64,000 nucleotides of DNA, from the IMG/VR virus record IMGVR_UViG_3300001765_000045; one strand, given 5' to 3'. Source of the DNA: an uncultured virus (IMG/VR IMGVR_UViG_3300001765_000045) (Duplodnaviria > Heunggongvirae > Uroviricota > Caudoviricetes). A program made the position numbers and the translations under genes. A model generated the notes under the pieces. The model worked only from the letters and a program-made list of their open reading frames with translations. It was not told where the DNA came from and did no database searches. Below, piece by piece: positions 31,424-42,333 of this stretch (the first letter of the stretch is position 1; every line of letters begins with the position of its first letter).

Positions 31424-31464
31424 CAACCCACACAGAGGCCCGTAGAAGGTCTCTGTGTGGGTTG
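31424..31464. terminator. Bidirectional terminator
   Basis: caacccacacagaggcc/ggtctctgtgtgggttg inverted repeat between convergent genes. Confidence 0.8.
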
Positions 31465-31469
31465 TTTAG

Positions 31470-33593
31470 TTAAGTTGATACTAGGTACTCAGAGAACAAC
31501 ATACCTGTCTTAGGAGTGAGTCCTAGGGCATCTATGATGATACGTCTACTTAGGGTAAGATCTAGTACGATACGTTTAATATCCAAGACTAATAATATTT
31601 CCTTAGGTATGCCAAAAGCTCTGATATAATCTTCTGGAATATACATAGTCATAAGTGTATCTTTACCACTAACTTTTAAAAACTCTGTTAATCTAGTAGC
31701 TAGTTCTTGATTTTCTATTTTAGACATCCATAGTAGCATACTAGTTTTATTAGTTATAGTCAATGGCAATATTAAAGCTTTATATGGAGGTGGAGTTATT
31801 TCACCATAATCAAGTTCAAATACATTACGCCATAACTTATAATGCCAATAAGGACATTTATCCTCTTCTAACTTATAACTAGTAGCTTCTTTAATAGTTG
31901 TCTTACGATAATAGATCTCTCTATTATATAATATATCATCTCTAAATTTATTCTCTAATTGAATTAATTCATTTATCTCTGTTTTAAGAGATAACTTCTT
32001 ATTGTCCATGATAGCATGTAATATTTCTTTCATCTTGTCGTGGGAAGAAGCAATAACCTCTTTAGGTAAAGCAGAGTTCTTTAAATGTACTCCTTTAATC
32101 TCATAGTCAAGTTTAGAGAATACATTACCTTCTTGCATCATAATACAAGTAAAATAATGTTTTGATACTGGAGCTTGTACAAATACAGGAAATACAAACT
32201 CTGGTTTCATTTGTATTTTATTAAGCTTATCTTTAGATACTCCCATGTTAGCACTATACATAGCTAGAACATGTACTATAGCTTGTGATACTATAAGACC
32301 TATAAATCCTGCTATAGCGTATCCTTTTTCTGTGAATATAAATTCATTATAATACCATGTTATCCATTCATCACAAGAGAACATAGTACTATCAGTATCA
32401 GAGAGTACAACAGCTTTACGTATCATAGATTTAATATTAGCTGTTGAACAAGGTATATCATCAGTTACAAAGAATGCTTGAAAAAAATCTTTATAATACT
32501 CTAATGATTGAACTATGTTCTGACAAGTAGCTAGTAATGTACATACTTTAATCTTATCTAATTTAGCGTAATCTTTACCTATACCCCTTACCTCATCTAT
32601 ACAGATCTGATGTGCGTAGTTAATTACAGCTTCTGGTATATTCTTTATAAGCTCTAATGGGTTATCATAATTTTTATCAGTTATCTTAATAGTAAATATA
32701 TCCACCATATTCTTAATAAAAGTATTATTAAGTTGTCTGATATGATATAGATCGTTGATATACATAACTGATGCTAACTCATAACCATCTAGCTTATTTA
32801 AATATGTTTTTAATTTATCAGATGCTACAGAATCATACCAATATAGATCAGTAGACTCCTTAATACAATTAAAAACATCATCTGGTGTAGGTAATACAAG
32901 TCCATACTTAGCAACTATAGATTGTAATACACTTTTATCAGTTATACTAGCTAAGAAATTTATATTGTTTAATGTTATTTTAAGTGAACGATAATGTCTA
33001 TTACCTGCTATGATCTTTTCGTTAAGAGCATTAGCTAGAGAAGTTTCCATTCTAGTGATGGAGGTAAGGGTACTATGTGCAGTAGGATTTTTAAATACAC
33101 TACCTTCTGTAGCAAAAGCACCTGATAGACTATTATTATAAACTTTAAGATTATTCTGTTCATTATTCTTAAAAGTAAATTTAACCATATCTCCTTCATT
33201 CTTAGCTTTAAAACCTTCTTGTTTAGCTTTAGAACGATTCTTAACATTCTTATCAGTGAATGTTACAAGAGGAGACACTCGTACTGATTCAGGTACATAA
33301 TTAGTAAAAGTAGGGGCTAATACATATTCATTATGAACTGTATCTTTTATATAATTAATAAGTGTAGTAGATTCTAACGCTTTATCGCCATTCTCTTTCC
33401 TATGGTAACAAATAAGTTCAGTGTCATTAAACTGTATCTTTTTATCTTTTATTAACTGTTCTACTTGTTGAGTAGATTGATCTAAAGGTATATTCTTAGT
33501 TTTAGATATATAAAAAGATACTTGTTTTTTATAAGCAATGAGCGGGTTAATATTACGTTTGTAATGTTCTAATGGTTTAGTAAAGATATTCAT
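31470..33593 (-). CDS. Family-B-like DNA polymerase (phiKZ gp50-like)
   Basis: KVYNNSLSG, SDTDS, KHYF, EIKGVHL motifs. Confidence 0.85.
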   Translation of the reverse strand: MNIFTKPLEHYKRNINPLIAYKKQVSFYISKTKNIPLDQSTQQVEQLIKDKKIQFNDTELICYHRKENGDKALESTTLINYIKDTVHNEYVLAPTFTNYVPESVRVSPLVTFTDKNVKNRSKAKQEGFKAKNEGDMVKFTFKNNEQNNLKVYNNSLSGAFATEGSVFKNPTAHSTLTSITRMETSLANALNEKIIAGNRHYRSLKITLNNINFLASITDKSVLQSIVAKYGLVLPTPDDVFNCIKESTDLYWYDSVASDKLKTYLNKLDGYELASVMYINDLYHIRQLNNTFIKNMVDIFTIKITDKNYDNPLELIKNIPEAVINYAHQICIDEVRGIGKDYAKLDKIKVCTLLATCQNIVQSLEYYKDFFQAFFVTDDIPCSTANIKSMIRKAVVLSDTDSTMFSCDEWITWYYNEFIFTEKGYAIAGFIGLIVSQAIVHVLAMYSANMGVSKDKLNKIQMKPEFVFPVFVQAPVSKHYFTCIMMQEGNVFSKLDYEIKGVHLKNSALPKEVIASSHDKMKEILHAIMDNKKLSLKTEINELIQLENKFRDDILYNREIYYRKTTIKEATSYKLEEDKCPYWHYKLWRNVFELDYGEITPPPYKALILPLTITNKTSMLLWMSKIENQELATRLTEFLKVSGKDTLMTMYIPEDYIRAFGIPKEILLVLDIKRIVLDLTLSRRIIIDALGLTPKTGMLFSEYLVST

Positions 33594-33695
33594 TGCAAAA
33601 ATCCTTCCAAAGAGGTCACTTTATATACCCTTTTAAGAAAAAAAAAATATCCACCGCTGGCTATAAAAGCCCAGTGATGGATACTCTTATTGCAT

Positions 33696-33992
33696 CTAAT
33701 ACCATCTAGCCGCAATAAAGGCTATTACATCTGCTAGATCATCAAAATCTTCCTGTTTTAATATCCCGCTCCCGTCGTTCCAGTAAACACGGTATTTACA
33801 AATACTAGACTTACGGTCGAAACTAATTCCACAGAACCCTAAATTGGATTCTATGATACAGTCATCGGCACTTGACCGATGAAGAAACGTATTGTTGGCT
33901 AAGGATAGTAGCTTAGACATTATGTCTAAGCTACTATCTTTTTGTTTGGTTAGATACTCAAAATCCTTTACTACGTTAAAAGACCCGTCCAT
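33696..33992 (-). CDS. Hypothetical protein
   Basis: 98-aa ORF with AAGGAG RBS, downstream of the tRNA-like leader. Confidence 0.65.
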   Translation of the reverse strand: MDGSFNVVKDFEYLTKQKDSSLDIMSKLLSLANNTFLHRSSADDCIIESNLGFCGISFDRKSSICKYRVYWNDGSGILKQEDFDDLADVIAFIAARWY

Positions 33993-34019
33993 TTTACTAC
34001 TCCTTAAAAAGATTAAAAA

Positions 34020-34090
34020 TTATCTGATCGGATTCGAACCAATGACATCGCCTAATAATAAGCGTGCTCTACCAACTGAGCTACAGATGC
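34020..34090 (-). ncRNA. tRNA-like element (5-bp acceptor, 6-nt anticodon loop, no CCA)
   Basis: ATCTG-TA-GCTC-AGTTGGTA-GAGC-A-CGCTT-ATTATT-AGGCG-ATGTC-ATTGG-TTCGAAT-CCGAT-CAGAT. Confidence 0.7.
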
Positions 34091-34132
34091 TCATTATTAG
34101 TATATATGACCCATTTTTTATGGAAAAGATAT

Positions 34133-34762
34133 TTAAATTTTGTCTTCTTTAATTTGCTTTAAAATAGCTTTTCTAACAACTTTTTCAATACCAGGAAATG
34201 CATCATATATCCCAGGTATCAACTTATGTCTAACTTTGTTTCTTAAACAATAGTTGATATCTATATTACTGGGATCGGTGATATACGTTAGTTTGTGATA
34301 ATTTGCATAATCAATTATTTTCTTTTTAGGAAGAAGTATAAATGGTCTATATACATTACCACTCGCATACCGCATAGGTCTTGCATTACCTTGCATAGCT
34401 GTCATGACATACCATTCGACAGCATCATTAAGATGATGACCAGTTACAACTGGTCTATCCAAAGACTGGAATATAGTATTTCTTTGTCTACTCCAGAATG
34501 ATTCTTTGCTAGTAGATCCGTCAAATGGGTCAATGACCTTTACAATGTATTCTACATCATACTTTAATGCAATTTCTTTACAAAATAGAATTTCCTCCTG
34601 TGAAAGTTTATCTAAATGATCTATTACCACAAGTCTGATATCTTTTCCACGAGTTTTTAAATAGTGAAAAAGTACCATGGAGTCCATACCACCGGAAAAA
34701 GCTATATACAACTTATCCGGTAAGGTATGAATATATCTAAGCTTCGGGGGTTGCATAATCAA
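34133..34762 (-). CDS. tilS: tRNA(Ile)-lysidine synthetase, catalytic domain only
   Basis: PP-loop AFSGGMDS, TGHHLNDAVE, RP, DPSN..LRNKVR. Confidence 0.88.
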   Translation of the reverse strand: MIMQPPKLRYIHTLPDKLYIAFSGGMDSMVLFHYLKTRGKDIRLVVIDHLDKLSQEEILFCKEIALKYDVEYIVKVIDPFDGSTSKESFWSRQRNTIFQSLDRPVVTGHHLNDAVEWYVMTAMQGNARPMRYASGNVYRPFILLPKKKIIDYANYHKLTYITDPSNIDINYCLRNKVRHKLIPGIYDAFPGIEKVVRKAILKQIKEDKI

Positions 34763-35053
34763 TTATTTTCTCTTTAAAAGATGTTTGCTTCGATTATATA
34801 CTGAATGGATTATCACAATCATAGATAACCCGTAGACTAACATTGCTACTAATGCAGCTAATGCTGTATAATAATCTCCAAATACTACCACCAATGTTAA
34901 AAAAGCTATGACACCAATTATAGTGCTAGCAAAATTAGCTGCATAAAATGCTGCTACCATCACTCCCCCCATCAAAATACCTGTATAACTTAAAACAGCC
35001 ATCAAAAAGAATAACCCTAATAACATCATACCAGTTATTAAAAAGAATACCAT
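34763..35053 (-). CDS. Small membrane protein
   Basis: Hydrophobic 96-aa ORF behind leader copy B. Confidence 0.7.
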   Translation of the reverse strand: MVFFLITGMMLLGLFFLMAVLSYTGILMGGVMVAAFYAANFASTIIGVIAFLTLVVVFGDYYTALAALVAMLVYGLSMIVIIHSVYNRSKHLLKRK

Positions 35054-35145
35054 GATATTTCTCCTGAATAGATTAGCTTCGTTACCATTAACGATTGACT
35101 ACTATTCTCACCTATAGTATATATGACTGATTTTTTATAGAAAAA
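35054..35145 (-). promoter_or_regulatory. Promoter + stem-loop leader + RBS module, copy B
   Basis: TATATACTATAGGTGA-GAATAG..TCGTTA-ATGG-TAACGA..CTATTC-AGGAG. Confidence 0.8.
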
Positions 35146-35210
35146 TGTGTATAAAATAATATATTCAACATAGGTCCTTAAAGACCTATGTTGAATATTC
35201 TTTTTTTTGT

Positions 35211-35723
35211 TTAGTTCTTAACATATCTTAAATGTTTATAAGGTTTTTGTAGTATTGCTTTAACTAAAGCACTTGGAGTATGTACTTTACCTATATCTAT
35301 ATTCTTTAAATTTAAAAAATATTCTACTAATTCAACACATATCCATTTATTATTTTCTTTAGAATTAAGTTTTAAATAAGCTTTAATAGCTTCTAATACA
35401 CTATAAGACTCACCTATTTTCTTAAATAGCAATCCAAGATCTTCTTCAGTTACAGTTAAATCCATAGCTATATGATAAAAATCGCTTTTTTTTATTAATG
35501 GTGTTATTTTAACTTCAGGTACTTGGGCTTCTATTAAAAAATGTCTACCATTAACAACCCAAGCTATACCTAAATGACTATATTCACTCATAGTAAATAA
35601 TCTTACTATATATGAAAATAAACTAGATATATCTTTTAGTTTAACAGAAGAAAAAACAATAATATCACCTGTTTTAATATTATCTACATAACTCATGTAT
35701 TCATTTGTCATAATAATCACCAA
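35211..35723 (-). CDS. Permuted papain-like NlpC/P60 (YiiX/YaeF-like) amidase
   Basis: KTGDII, YSHLGI, ICVELV, TPSAL motifs. Confidence 0.75.
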   Translation of the reverse strand: MVIIMTNEYMSYVDNIKTGDIIVFSSVKLKDISSLFSYIVRLFTMSEYSHLGIAWVVNGRHFLIEAQVPEVKITPLIKKSDFYHIAMDLTVTEEDLGLLFKKIGESYSVLEAIKAYLKLNSKENNKWICVELVEYFLNLKNIDIGKVHTPSALVKAILQKPYKHLRYVKN

Positions 35724-35920
35724 TCTTCTTTTAATAAAGGTGTTTCAGATGGTTGGTTATTAATCTTAATAATTTTATCAGTTACTGTTAATTTATTTAG
35801 GTGGCTGAGATTATTATGTACATGTCCATCACCTGTACCAGTATCAGATATTTGTTTAAGAGGATCTATATTAGTTAATCTATTATTTGAAATAGTTCGA
35901 GTAAAGTCTAATAGTTTCAT
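35717..35920 (-). CDS. Small tail-associated protein
   Basis: HVHNN..LNKL..W ending shared with ORF 36452..37012. Confidence 0.55.
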   Translation of the reverse strand: MKLLDFTRTISNNRLTNIDPLKQISDTGTGDGHVHNNLSHLNKLTVTDKIIKINNQPSETPLLKEDW

Positions 35921-35932
35921 AATAAAACCCTA

Positions 35933-36307
35933 TTAAAAACTACGTTCATCGTAACCATATAATCTATAAACAATATTAGGAGTATTACTTTGCATAAAAA
36001 CTATTTCATCTTTACTCATTGTAATAGGACCTCGTACATATGTAAGATTAGCATCTATACGTATCTTTGTTTCTAATATATCTTTACGTTCAGGTGTATT
36101 AGCATTAGATATCCATATAGTAACTTCTGACATATCATCTGAATCATTCGTGATATTTAAATATATATTTAGATACTCTGTATATTCGCTAGGTTTAAAA
36201 ACCCTAGTTAAATCTGTAGAATCTAGTACACCTTTAACAAGGCATCCATATCTATCCATTAAATCTTTTTGATCTGTTACTTTGATAGTACTTTGCAATT
36301 TTCGCAT
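35933..36307 (-). CDS. Hypothetical (tail module) protein
   Basis: 124-aa beta-rich ORF within the tail-like cluster. Confidence 0.6.
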   Translation of the reverse strand: MRKLQSTIKVTDQKDLMDRYGCLVKGVLDSTDLTRVFKPSEYTEYLNIYLNITNDSDDMSEVTIWISNANTPERKDILETKIRIDANLTYVRGPITMSKDEIVFMQSNTPNIVYRLYGYDERSF

Positions 36308-36451
36308 TTCGTCACTATATTCAGGAATAGGTATCTCAATCTTTAAATTGAAAAAAGTTCCTGTCCTTTTGTTAGTTAAGCTACAGAATGAATAAATTAA
36401 ACTACCAGAAGACTTTTCACAGTCTTTTGGTAGCCTAATACTGAATATATA

Positions 36452-37012
36452 TTACCAGTCAGTAGCACGTAAAACAGGATCAATAAATTCACTGTTATAC
36501 TTTATATCACCAGCATCTTCACTAAATTTATCTATAGTAGATTTATTAGCATGAACGTGGGTCTTACCAACAGCATCATCTATTTCAGCAACAGTAGAAG
36601 TAGGACGACCTATTATATCAGTCCAATTAATGACCAAGTCCATAGACTCGTGTTCAGAAATCTTTGTCCAGACAGAACCAGTTGGGTTAAAGACATAAGT
36701 AGCTGCACCAGCTGCAACAGTTGTATCACCAGTAGCATTAACAACAAGTGCTTGAGTAACAACAGCAGGAGCTAATGCATCACGAGCAGCTATGTCAGTA
36801 ACAACATACATATGGCTAGTACCAGCAACAGCTGTATTAACCATAGTTTGAATATCACTACGCGAAGGAAGACGACGAACAGCAGATCCTGCTTGATTAG
36901 AGATATACATCTCAGCAAAATCACCGTTTACATCTTTAACTAAATAAATAGTTGAACCAACAAAAGTACCAGGTAAAGTATTAACTTTAGCAAACTTAAT
37001 AGTTTCAGACAT
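36452..37012 (-). CDS. Putative tail-fibre-associated structural protein
   Basis: VVTDIAARDAL..ATGDTTVAAGAATY..WTKISEHESMD, a pattern recalled from phage structural proteins. Confidence 0.65.
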   Translation of the reverse strand: MSETIKFAKVNTLPGTFVGSTIYLVKDVNGDFAEMYISNQAGSAVRRLPSRSDIQTMVNTAVAGTSHMYVVTDIAARDALAPAVVTQALVVNATGDTTVAAGAATYVFNPTGSVWTKISEHESMDLVINWTDIIGRPTSTVAEIDDAVGKTHVHANKSTIDKFSEDAGDIKYNSEFIDPVLRATDW

Positions 37013-37067
37013 TTTACATCCTTAAAAAAATTGTAAAAATAATTTAATAAAATATTGGTTTACTAAT

Positions 37068-37613
37068 CTATACAAAAGCACTAGGATCAGTTTCCCAATT
37101 AATTAACATAATAGATTCTTTATTTATTTGTTGTTCAATTAATATTCTAAGTGCATGGAAATGTTGTAAATTAACTAGTTTAAATTGAGCACCAGTTATC
37201 ATTACATACCTTATTTGATTATGTGTGTGTTCTCTATAAATTTTTATTCCAGTTACTGGATCTCTACATGCATAATTAATAACATGTCCATCAGGGAAAT
37301 CTAGTGATGGTGAAGTTGCAGATACTGCACCTAATAGATTAATCTGGTCAACTTGTTCAGAATCATAGATATATGGTGTTCCTAATGCAACTGCAGTAAA
37401 ACCAGATACAATAATTTCTTCACATTTTTTAGATAATGCTTCAATAGCATTTTTTTTACTGAGAACTATACATTCTTGATCTAATTGTTCTTTAGTTATT
37501 TTTTCATTAGGATCTTCCCATACAATAGCTTCATAATCATCCATTTCTCCTAATGAATATGCGTTAATATTAGGGTAATTAATACTGATTAATTCTAGAT
37601 AATTAGTTATCAT
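37068..37613 (-). CDS. DUF4376-like tail fibre assembly protein
   Basis: GF..ALGTPYIYDS...DQINL..HTHNQI..INW pattern. Confidence 0.65.
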   Translation of the reverse strand: MITNYLELISINYPNINAYSLGEMDDYEAIVWEDPNEKITKEQLDQECIVLSKKNAIEALSKKCEEIIVSGFTAVALGTPYIYDSEQVDQINLLGAVSATSPSLDFPDGHVINYACRDPVTGIKIYREHTHNQIRYVMITGAQFKLVNLQHFHALRILIEQQINKESIMLINWETDPSAFV

Positions 37614-37630
37614 GTTTTTCCTAAAAATTA

Positions 37631-38350
37631 TTAAGCTAATAACATTTCTTTAATACTCCAAGAAGATATAACACCTCCTCCATAATTTCTATCAGTCCCA
37701 CGACCTAAATACCATGTTCCATTTCCACCTGCTATACCAACTCTGGCACTATAAGTTACATTAGCTAATGTGTTAGGTGTATCGATTAAATGCACTGATA
37801 CATCTCCGTAATAATTAATATTATCCCAATGTTGACCTAATGTTAAAAATGTATTATCTCTAAATATAGCTATTAAAGCACCTCTACCATTTGTTGATAC
37901 AGTACCTAAAATAGAAAAATCTATAACAAATTTAGAATCAATAGATTCTGGAGTAACTATTTGAGAAAATAACTGAGTACCTTGACTTATTAAAGGAGCC
38001 GTATTAGTCACATTTATTTGTGATGTCCCAGATATCTGAGCAATATTCCCATGATATATATTTCTAAGTACACTATTTCCATTATTAGATATATTTAAAA
38101 GTTCGTTAGGTATTTTACCATTGATGTCTAAACCAGCTATACCATTTGGCTCATTTATTATATCTGCTAGATAATTAGTAACCATTTGCATTATACTAGT
38201 AGAACTATGTGTGGTATATAATACATTACCATCAGTATCTGTTATAGCTAATGTTATTCTATCTTGTGTGTCTCTATATAAATATACAGAGTCACCCTGA
38301 AAATTACCAGGTGGACCATTTACTTTAAAAAATTTTAATTTTGAAGACAT
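37631..38350 (-). CDS. Putative tail fibre protein
   Basis: NGIAGLDINGKIP motif and beta-sandwich-like C-terminus (VTPESIDSK..VTYSAR). Confidence 0.6.
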   Translation of the reverse strand: MSSKLKFFKVNGPPGNFQGDSVYLYRDTQDRITLAITDTDGNVLYTTHSSTSIMQMVTNYLADIINEPNGIAGLDINGKIPNELLNISNNGNSVLRNIYHGNIAQISGTSQINVTNTAPLISQGTQLFSQIVTPESIDSKFVIDFSILGTVSTNGRGALIAIFRDNTFLTLGQHWDNINYYGDVSVHLIDTPNTLANVTYSARVGIAGGNGTWYLGRGTDRNYGGGVISSWSIKEMLLA

Positions 38351-38438
38351 TACTACTCCTTAATTTTAATCTATCGGAATCCAAAAGATTAAACATATTC
38401 CTGTCACTAATGTCAATATTAGTGACAGGATATTATAT

Positions 38439-40694
38439 TTATAGAGTACAAGAACCTCCAGAACAACCTTTGGCTAAATCAAGATTCTCTAATTTATTAC
38501 CTTTAGTAGTTTTACTATTAGTATAATATCTAGATTTGACTCCATACTTATACATATAGAAAAATTCATCTAGTAATCTAGATGATTTTAATTCTTTATT
38601 TTCTACCCTATCATTATAAAAATCCGCTGATATAGATTGATCTGTGAACTTTTGAATTACTCCATATACTTTACAAAGTTGTTCTGGAGTAAGATCCCAT
38701 ACTACTTGATATTTATTATATAACTCATCTGAATCTCTAGCAATGCTATCTATGGCGTTACTAGCATCCGTTTTCTTTAAATAGATAGCACGTATAGGAT
38801 AAACACCATTAGACAATCCTGTAGCCTTAGAAGAGGATTCAGTAGGCATATAAGATACTAAGGCACTATTACGTATGCCTCCATTATCAATAACTTCCTG
38901 TCTAAGTTTTTCCCAATCATACCTATATGAAAAATTAGAGATACTATCTACATTTTTATTATAAGTATCAATAGGTAACCAACCTTCAGGCCATTTAGTT
39001 TTATGGATCCATAAAGCATTACCTTTTTCTTTACCTAAACGTAATGATGCTTTAATTAAACTATATGTATGGCGTTCAGCCAGGAAATGTAAATGTTTTA
39101 GACCTTCATCATTAGTATAATTAAGATTATTTTTAGCTAATTCATGTGCTATGCCTATCATACCGACACCAGCATTCATACGTGCTTCAGCAGTTAATTT
39201 AACATGAGGGAATATATACTTATTTTTATGTATACACTTATCTATCATAAGAAGAGCATAATAAGCTATATCTTCATAATCATCATCTGTCTCTATAAAA
39301 GAAGGCACTATAGCCGCTAATGCACATAAACTAATTTCACCTTTACCATGGTCTATATCACTATATAGATCTACCATATTAGAATAAGCTGATGTAGGTT
39401 GAACTACTTCAATACAAAGGTTCGATTGGTATATAGTTTCTTTAAAGGATGTATGTGAATTTACTTCATCCATATTGATAAAATATAAAGTAGCTACTTC
39501 ATGTGCTTGTTTTAATGCAGTGATAGCTAATTCTCTAGCTGATACATAATTCTTTTTAAAGTTATCATCAGCTTCGTATTTAAAGTATAAACTACTAAAT
39601 AGTTCTACATTACCTGAAAAAAATGCTTTGTTAAGATCTGGGGCTGTATATATATTAAAAGTAAATATACTTTCATTATTATATACTTTTTTTACAAAAA
39701 ATGTATTAAACTGCATAGCAAAATGCAAATCTCTATTTTGTTTAGCTAGAGGTGTTCTAGGATTTTGTAAATATATTATATCTAATGCTTCTGGATCAAA
39801 ACATCCAAAGTACTGTGTACAAGCTCCACCTCTACTAGATTGCATATTAGCATTAATTGCTGAACCTACTGATTTAAAATAAGGGAGTTTACCCATATGA
39901 CGAATTGCACCATCTCTTACTTTATCATTAATACTTCTAGTATTAATAAATCCACCAATACCAGCTGACATATAGGTCATACTATATGCTATATGGTCAC
40001 CTATGGCTAAACTAGCAGCAGTATCATCTGTAGTATATAAACAACAACTAATATAACCATTATGTGTTGTACCTAAATTAACATAGTTAGGCGTTGGTGC
40101 ATTTAGTTTAGATTCACTAAGATATTTATAGAACTTTTTAACTTTTTCTATTTTATCTACTTCTTCATCTTCAGATAATGCCATAGCCATACGCATAAAG
40201 ATATACTGGGGTGTTTCATATAATATTTTATTAGTTTTATCTGATATCCCGTATTTATTTACTAAGTGATATATCTGAATATAACTAAAGTTATAATCTT
40301 TATCATGATTTACAATTTTATTTAATTCATCATATTCTTCATTAGTGTAATTAAGAGTAGTCATAAGATTAATATTAGCTAACTTATGGTGTTGTTCTTT
40401 CAGTGATAAAAAACCATTACTAAATATTTTTTTACCTATATAAGCTGCATATAGTCTACCTGCTATAAGAGTATGTAACCAAGTCATACGATTATTACAT
40501 TCGTCTATAAGCTTTAGCTGTATATCTTGTGTATTCATACCATCATAAAGTTGTTCTTTAACTTTGATAATAATATCTTTCCAGTCTATCTTACCTTTGA
40601 ATCCATCGCAAGCCCATAGTTCCCATCTCAATATTTTATTAATATCAAATTTCTCTATTTCACCATCTCTTTTAATTACATTTTTAATAGACAT
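38439..40694 (-). CDS. nrdA: Ribonucleotide reductase class Ia, alpha subunit
   Basis: ATP cone VIKRDG, ETPQ, PTP, SCC, SNLCIE, PTESSS, C-terminal CSGGSCTL. Confidence 0.95.
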   Translation of the reverse strand: MSIKNVIKRDGEIEKFDINKILRWELWACDGFKGKIDWKDIIIKVKEQLYDGMNTQDIQLKLIDECNNRMTWLHTLIAGRLYAAYIGKKIFSNGFLSLKEQHHKLANINLMTTLNYTNEEYDELNKIVNHDKDYNFSYIQIYHLVNKYGISDKTNKILYETPQYIFMRMAMALSEDEEVDKIEKVKKFYKYLSESKLNAPTPNYVNLGTTHNGYISCCLYTTDDTAASLAIGDHIAYSMTYMSAGIGGFINTRSINDKVRDGAIRHMGKLPYFKSVGSAINANMQSSRGGACTQYFGCFDPEALDIIYLQNPRTPLAKQNRDLHFAMQFNTFFVKKVYNNESIFTFNIYTAPDLNKAFFSGNVELFSSLYFKYEADDNFKKNYVSARELAITALKQAHEVATLYFINMDEVNSHTSFKETIYQSNLCIEVVQPTSAYSNMVDLYSDIDHGKGEISLCALAAIVPSFIETDDDYEDIAYYALLMIDKCIHKNKYIFPHVKLTAEARMNAGVGMIGIAHELAKNNLNYTNDEGLKHLHFLAERHTYSLIKASLRLGKEKGNALWIHKTKWPEGWLPIDTYNKNVDSISNFSYRYDWEKLRQEVIDNGGIRNSALVSYMPTESSSKATGLSNGVYPIRAIYLKKTDASNAIDSIARDSDELYNKYQVVWDLTPEQLCKVYGVIQKFTDQSISADFYNDRVENKELKSSRLLDEFFYMYKYGVKSRYYTNSKTTKGNKLENLDLAKGCSGGSCTL

Positions 40695-40696
40695 TG

Positions 40697-41815
40697 TTAA
40701 ACTCCAAAACTAAGACCATATTTAATTGTATCGATGGATGTACTATCATCTATAAAACCGCCTAGTAGATAATTAGCAACACTTTCTTCTTGTGGAGATG
40801 ACTGATTACTGTCTATAATTAACCATTTATTCATGTAAGGTAAAGGATTATCAACAATATCTCCATATGGATTCTCTATACTAAGAAATCTATATACCTC
40901 AGTAGCACTATAGATGATAAAATCTCGTACTTTATTTTTACGTATTTTAGCTATTTCATCTTTACCAGCATATAGGAATTCAAGCCATTCAAGCTCACTA
41001 TCAATAACTTCTTTAAGAATTTTATTAATATCGTCTAAAGCATCTAGATAAGCGGTGAAATTTTCTTCTACATTAAGTTCATTTTGAATGATTAGTTTAT
41101 CTGTTTGAACATGCACTTGAAATTCATCTGTAGAAATTTTTTGTACTAACTTAGCTATAGGTACAAAATATCCTTGCTCAGCTAAACCAAATGTAATAAC
41201 AAAACTACTGATAAACTGAATACGTTCTAAAGCTAATAGAGTAACCCAAAATTTAAAAATTTGAATACGTATTTTATGTTCATTTGTTTCTAAACCTAAA
41301 GCATAGCTATGTGATAGTACATAAGTTTCATCAAAAATTCTTTTAACTGTATCTAATCGTTTAAAACTCTCTTCGATAGACAATAATTCTTTAAGAAATT
41401 CTTCTGGGTTTTCAAAACTATATTCTACAATAGTTTTATAAGCCAATGAATGTAATGTTTCATTTTTCATTAGTTCATATAGATATGCTAATAATTCAGT
41501 ATTATTAACAAAAGGTGCCATTAATGTACCTACATGAGCAGCTGAACTATCAGCTTCAAATTGCCAAGCTAAAGTTCTAATCATTAAATCGCAAATCTCT
41601 TTATCTGTATTCTTAAACTCATTGCGACAAGAACTAATATCTATTTCTTTCTCATCCCAATCTAAGGATTTTAACAATTTATATTTTTCCCAGATATCAG
41701 GAAATTCATTTCGTAGATTTTCAATTAAACCTACTTTACCGTCTAAAAATAACGATTTTCTGACTTCTGTATAGTCATTAAAATAATTAATATAACTAAT
41801 ATCTATTGTTGACAT
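40697..41815 (-). CDS. nrdB: Ribonucleotide reductase, beta subunit
   Basis: EADS, ETLHSLAY, LERIQF, DE..H, PQEE..Y. Confidence 0.92.
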   Translation of the reverse strand: MSTIDISYINYFNDYTEVRKSLFLDGKVGLIENLRNEFPDIWEKYKLLKSLDWDEKEIDISSCRNEFKNTDKEICDLMIRTLAWQFEADSSAAHVGTLMAPFVNNTELLAYLYELMKNETLHSLAYKTIVEYSFENPEEFLKELLSIEESFKRLDTVKRIFDETYVLSHSYALGLETNEHKIRIQIFKFWVTLLALERIQFISSFVITFGLAEQGYFVPIAKLVQKISTDEFQVHVQTDKLIIQNELNVEENFTAYLDALDDINKILKEVIDSELEWLEFLYAGKDEIAKIRKNKVRDFIIYSATEVYRFLSIENPYGDIVDNPLPYMNKWLIIDSNQSSPQEESVANYLLGGFIDDSTSIDTIKYGLSFGV

Positions 41816-41968
41816 TGTGTATCCTTATTTTATCCAAAAAAAAATATACCCAGGGAAGATACCCCTGGGTATTTAAAATTCCATAAGATTCGGTCTTTAA
41901 AGATTTTTTTATTTTTATCCCAGGACTTCTATTGTTTCTTTTTTTGTTGTATAATCTTCAGACATTTA

Positions 41969-42181
41969 TTACTCCTTATCAAGAGATATATCTGACATAT
42001 CAATTACAAAAATATTACTATCAGGATGATAAATTTTCAGGAAATTAAGTTCGTGTTTTATAATTTTTCTCCATTTATTTCTTTGAAAAATACTAGATGG
42101 ATCAGAAGATCTTAGATTTTGTAAACAACATTCAATTGCATATTCCGACTTTTCTACTTCTGGTACATTTTTCCATGTCAT
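41969..42181 (-). CDS. Hypothetical protein
   Basis: 70-aa ORF behind leader copy C. Confidence 0.65.
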   Translation of the reverse strand: MTWKNVPEVEKSEYAIECCLQNLRSSDPSSIFQRNKWRKIIKHELNFLKIYHPDSNIFVIDMSDISLDKE

Positions 42182-42277
42182 GATAATCTCCTAAAGTAGA
42201 CTAGTTTCGTTACCATTAACGATATACTAACTACTATTTTCACTTATAGTATATATACCCTATTTTTTATGAAAAAA
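42182..42277 (-). promoter_or_regulatory. Promoter + stem-loop leader + RBS module, copy C
   Basis: TATATACTATAAGTG..AGTAGTTAG..TCGTTA-ATGG-TAACGA..CTAGTCTACT-TTAGGAG. Confidence 0.8.
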
Positions 42278-42333
42278 GATTAAAAAAAATACCCCATGTA
42301 AACTTACATGGGGTATCGTAATATCTTCAAACA

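Noticed and set aside
31106..31426. Assorted 60-130 aa ORFs antisense to long genes (also 706, 3038, 22033, 23092, 28915, 39628, 48042, 50198)
   Set aside because: They overlap well-supported genes on the opposite strand and show no motifs
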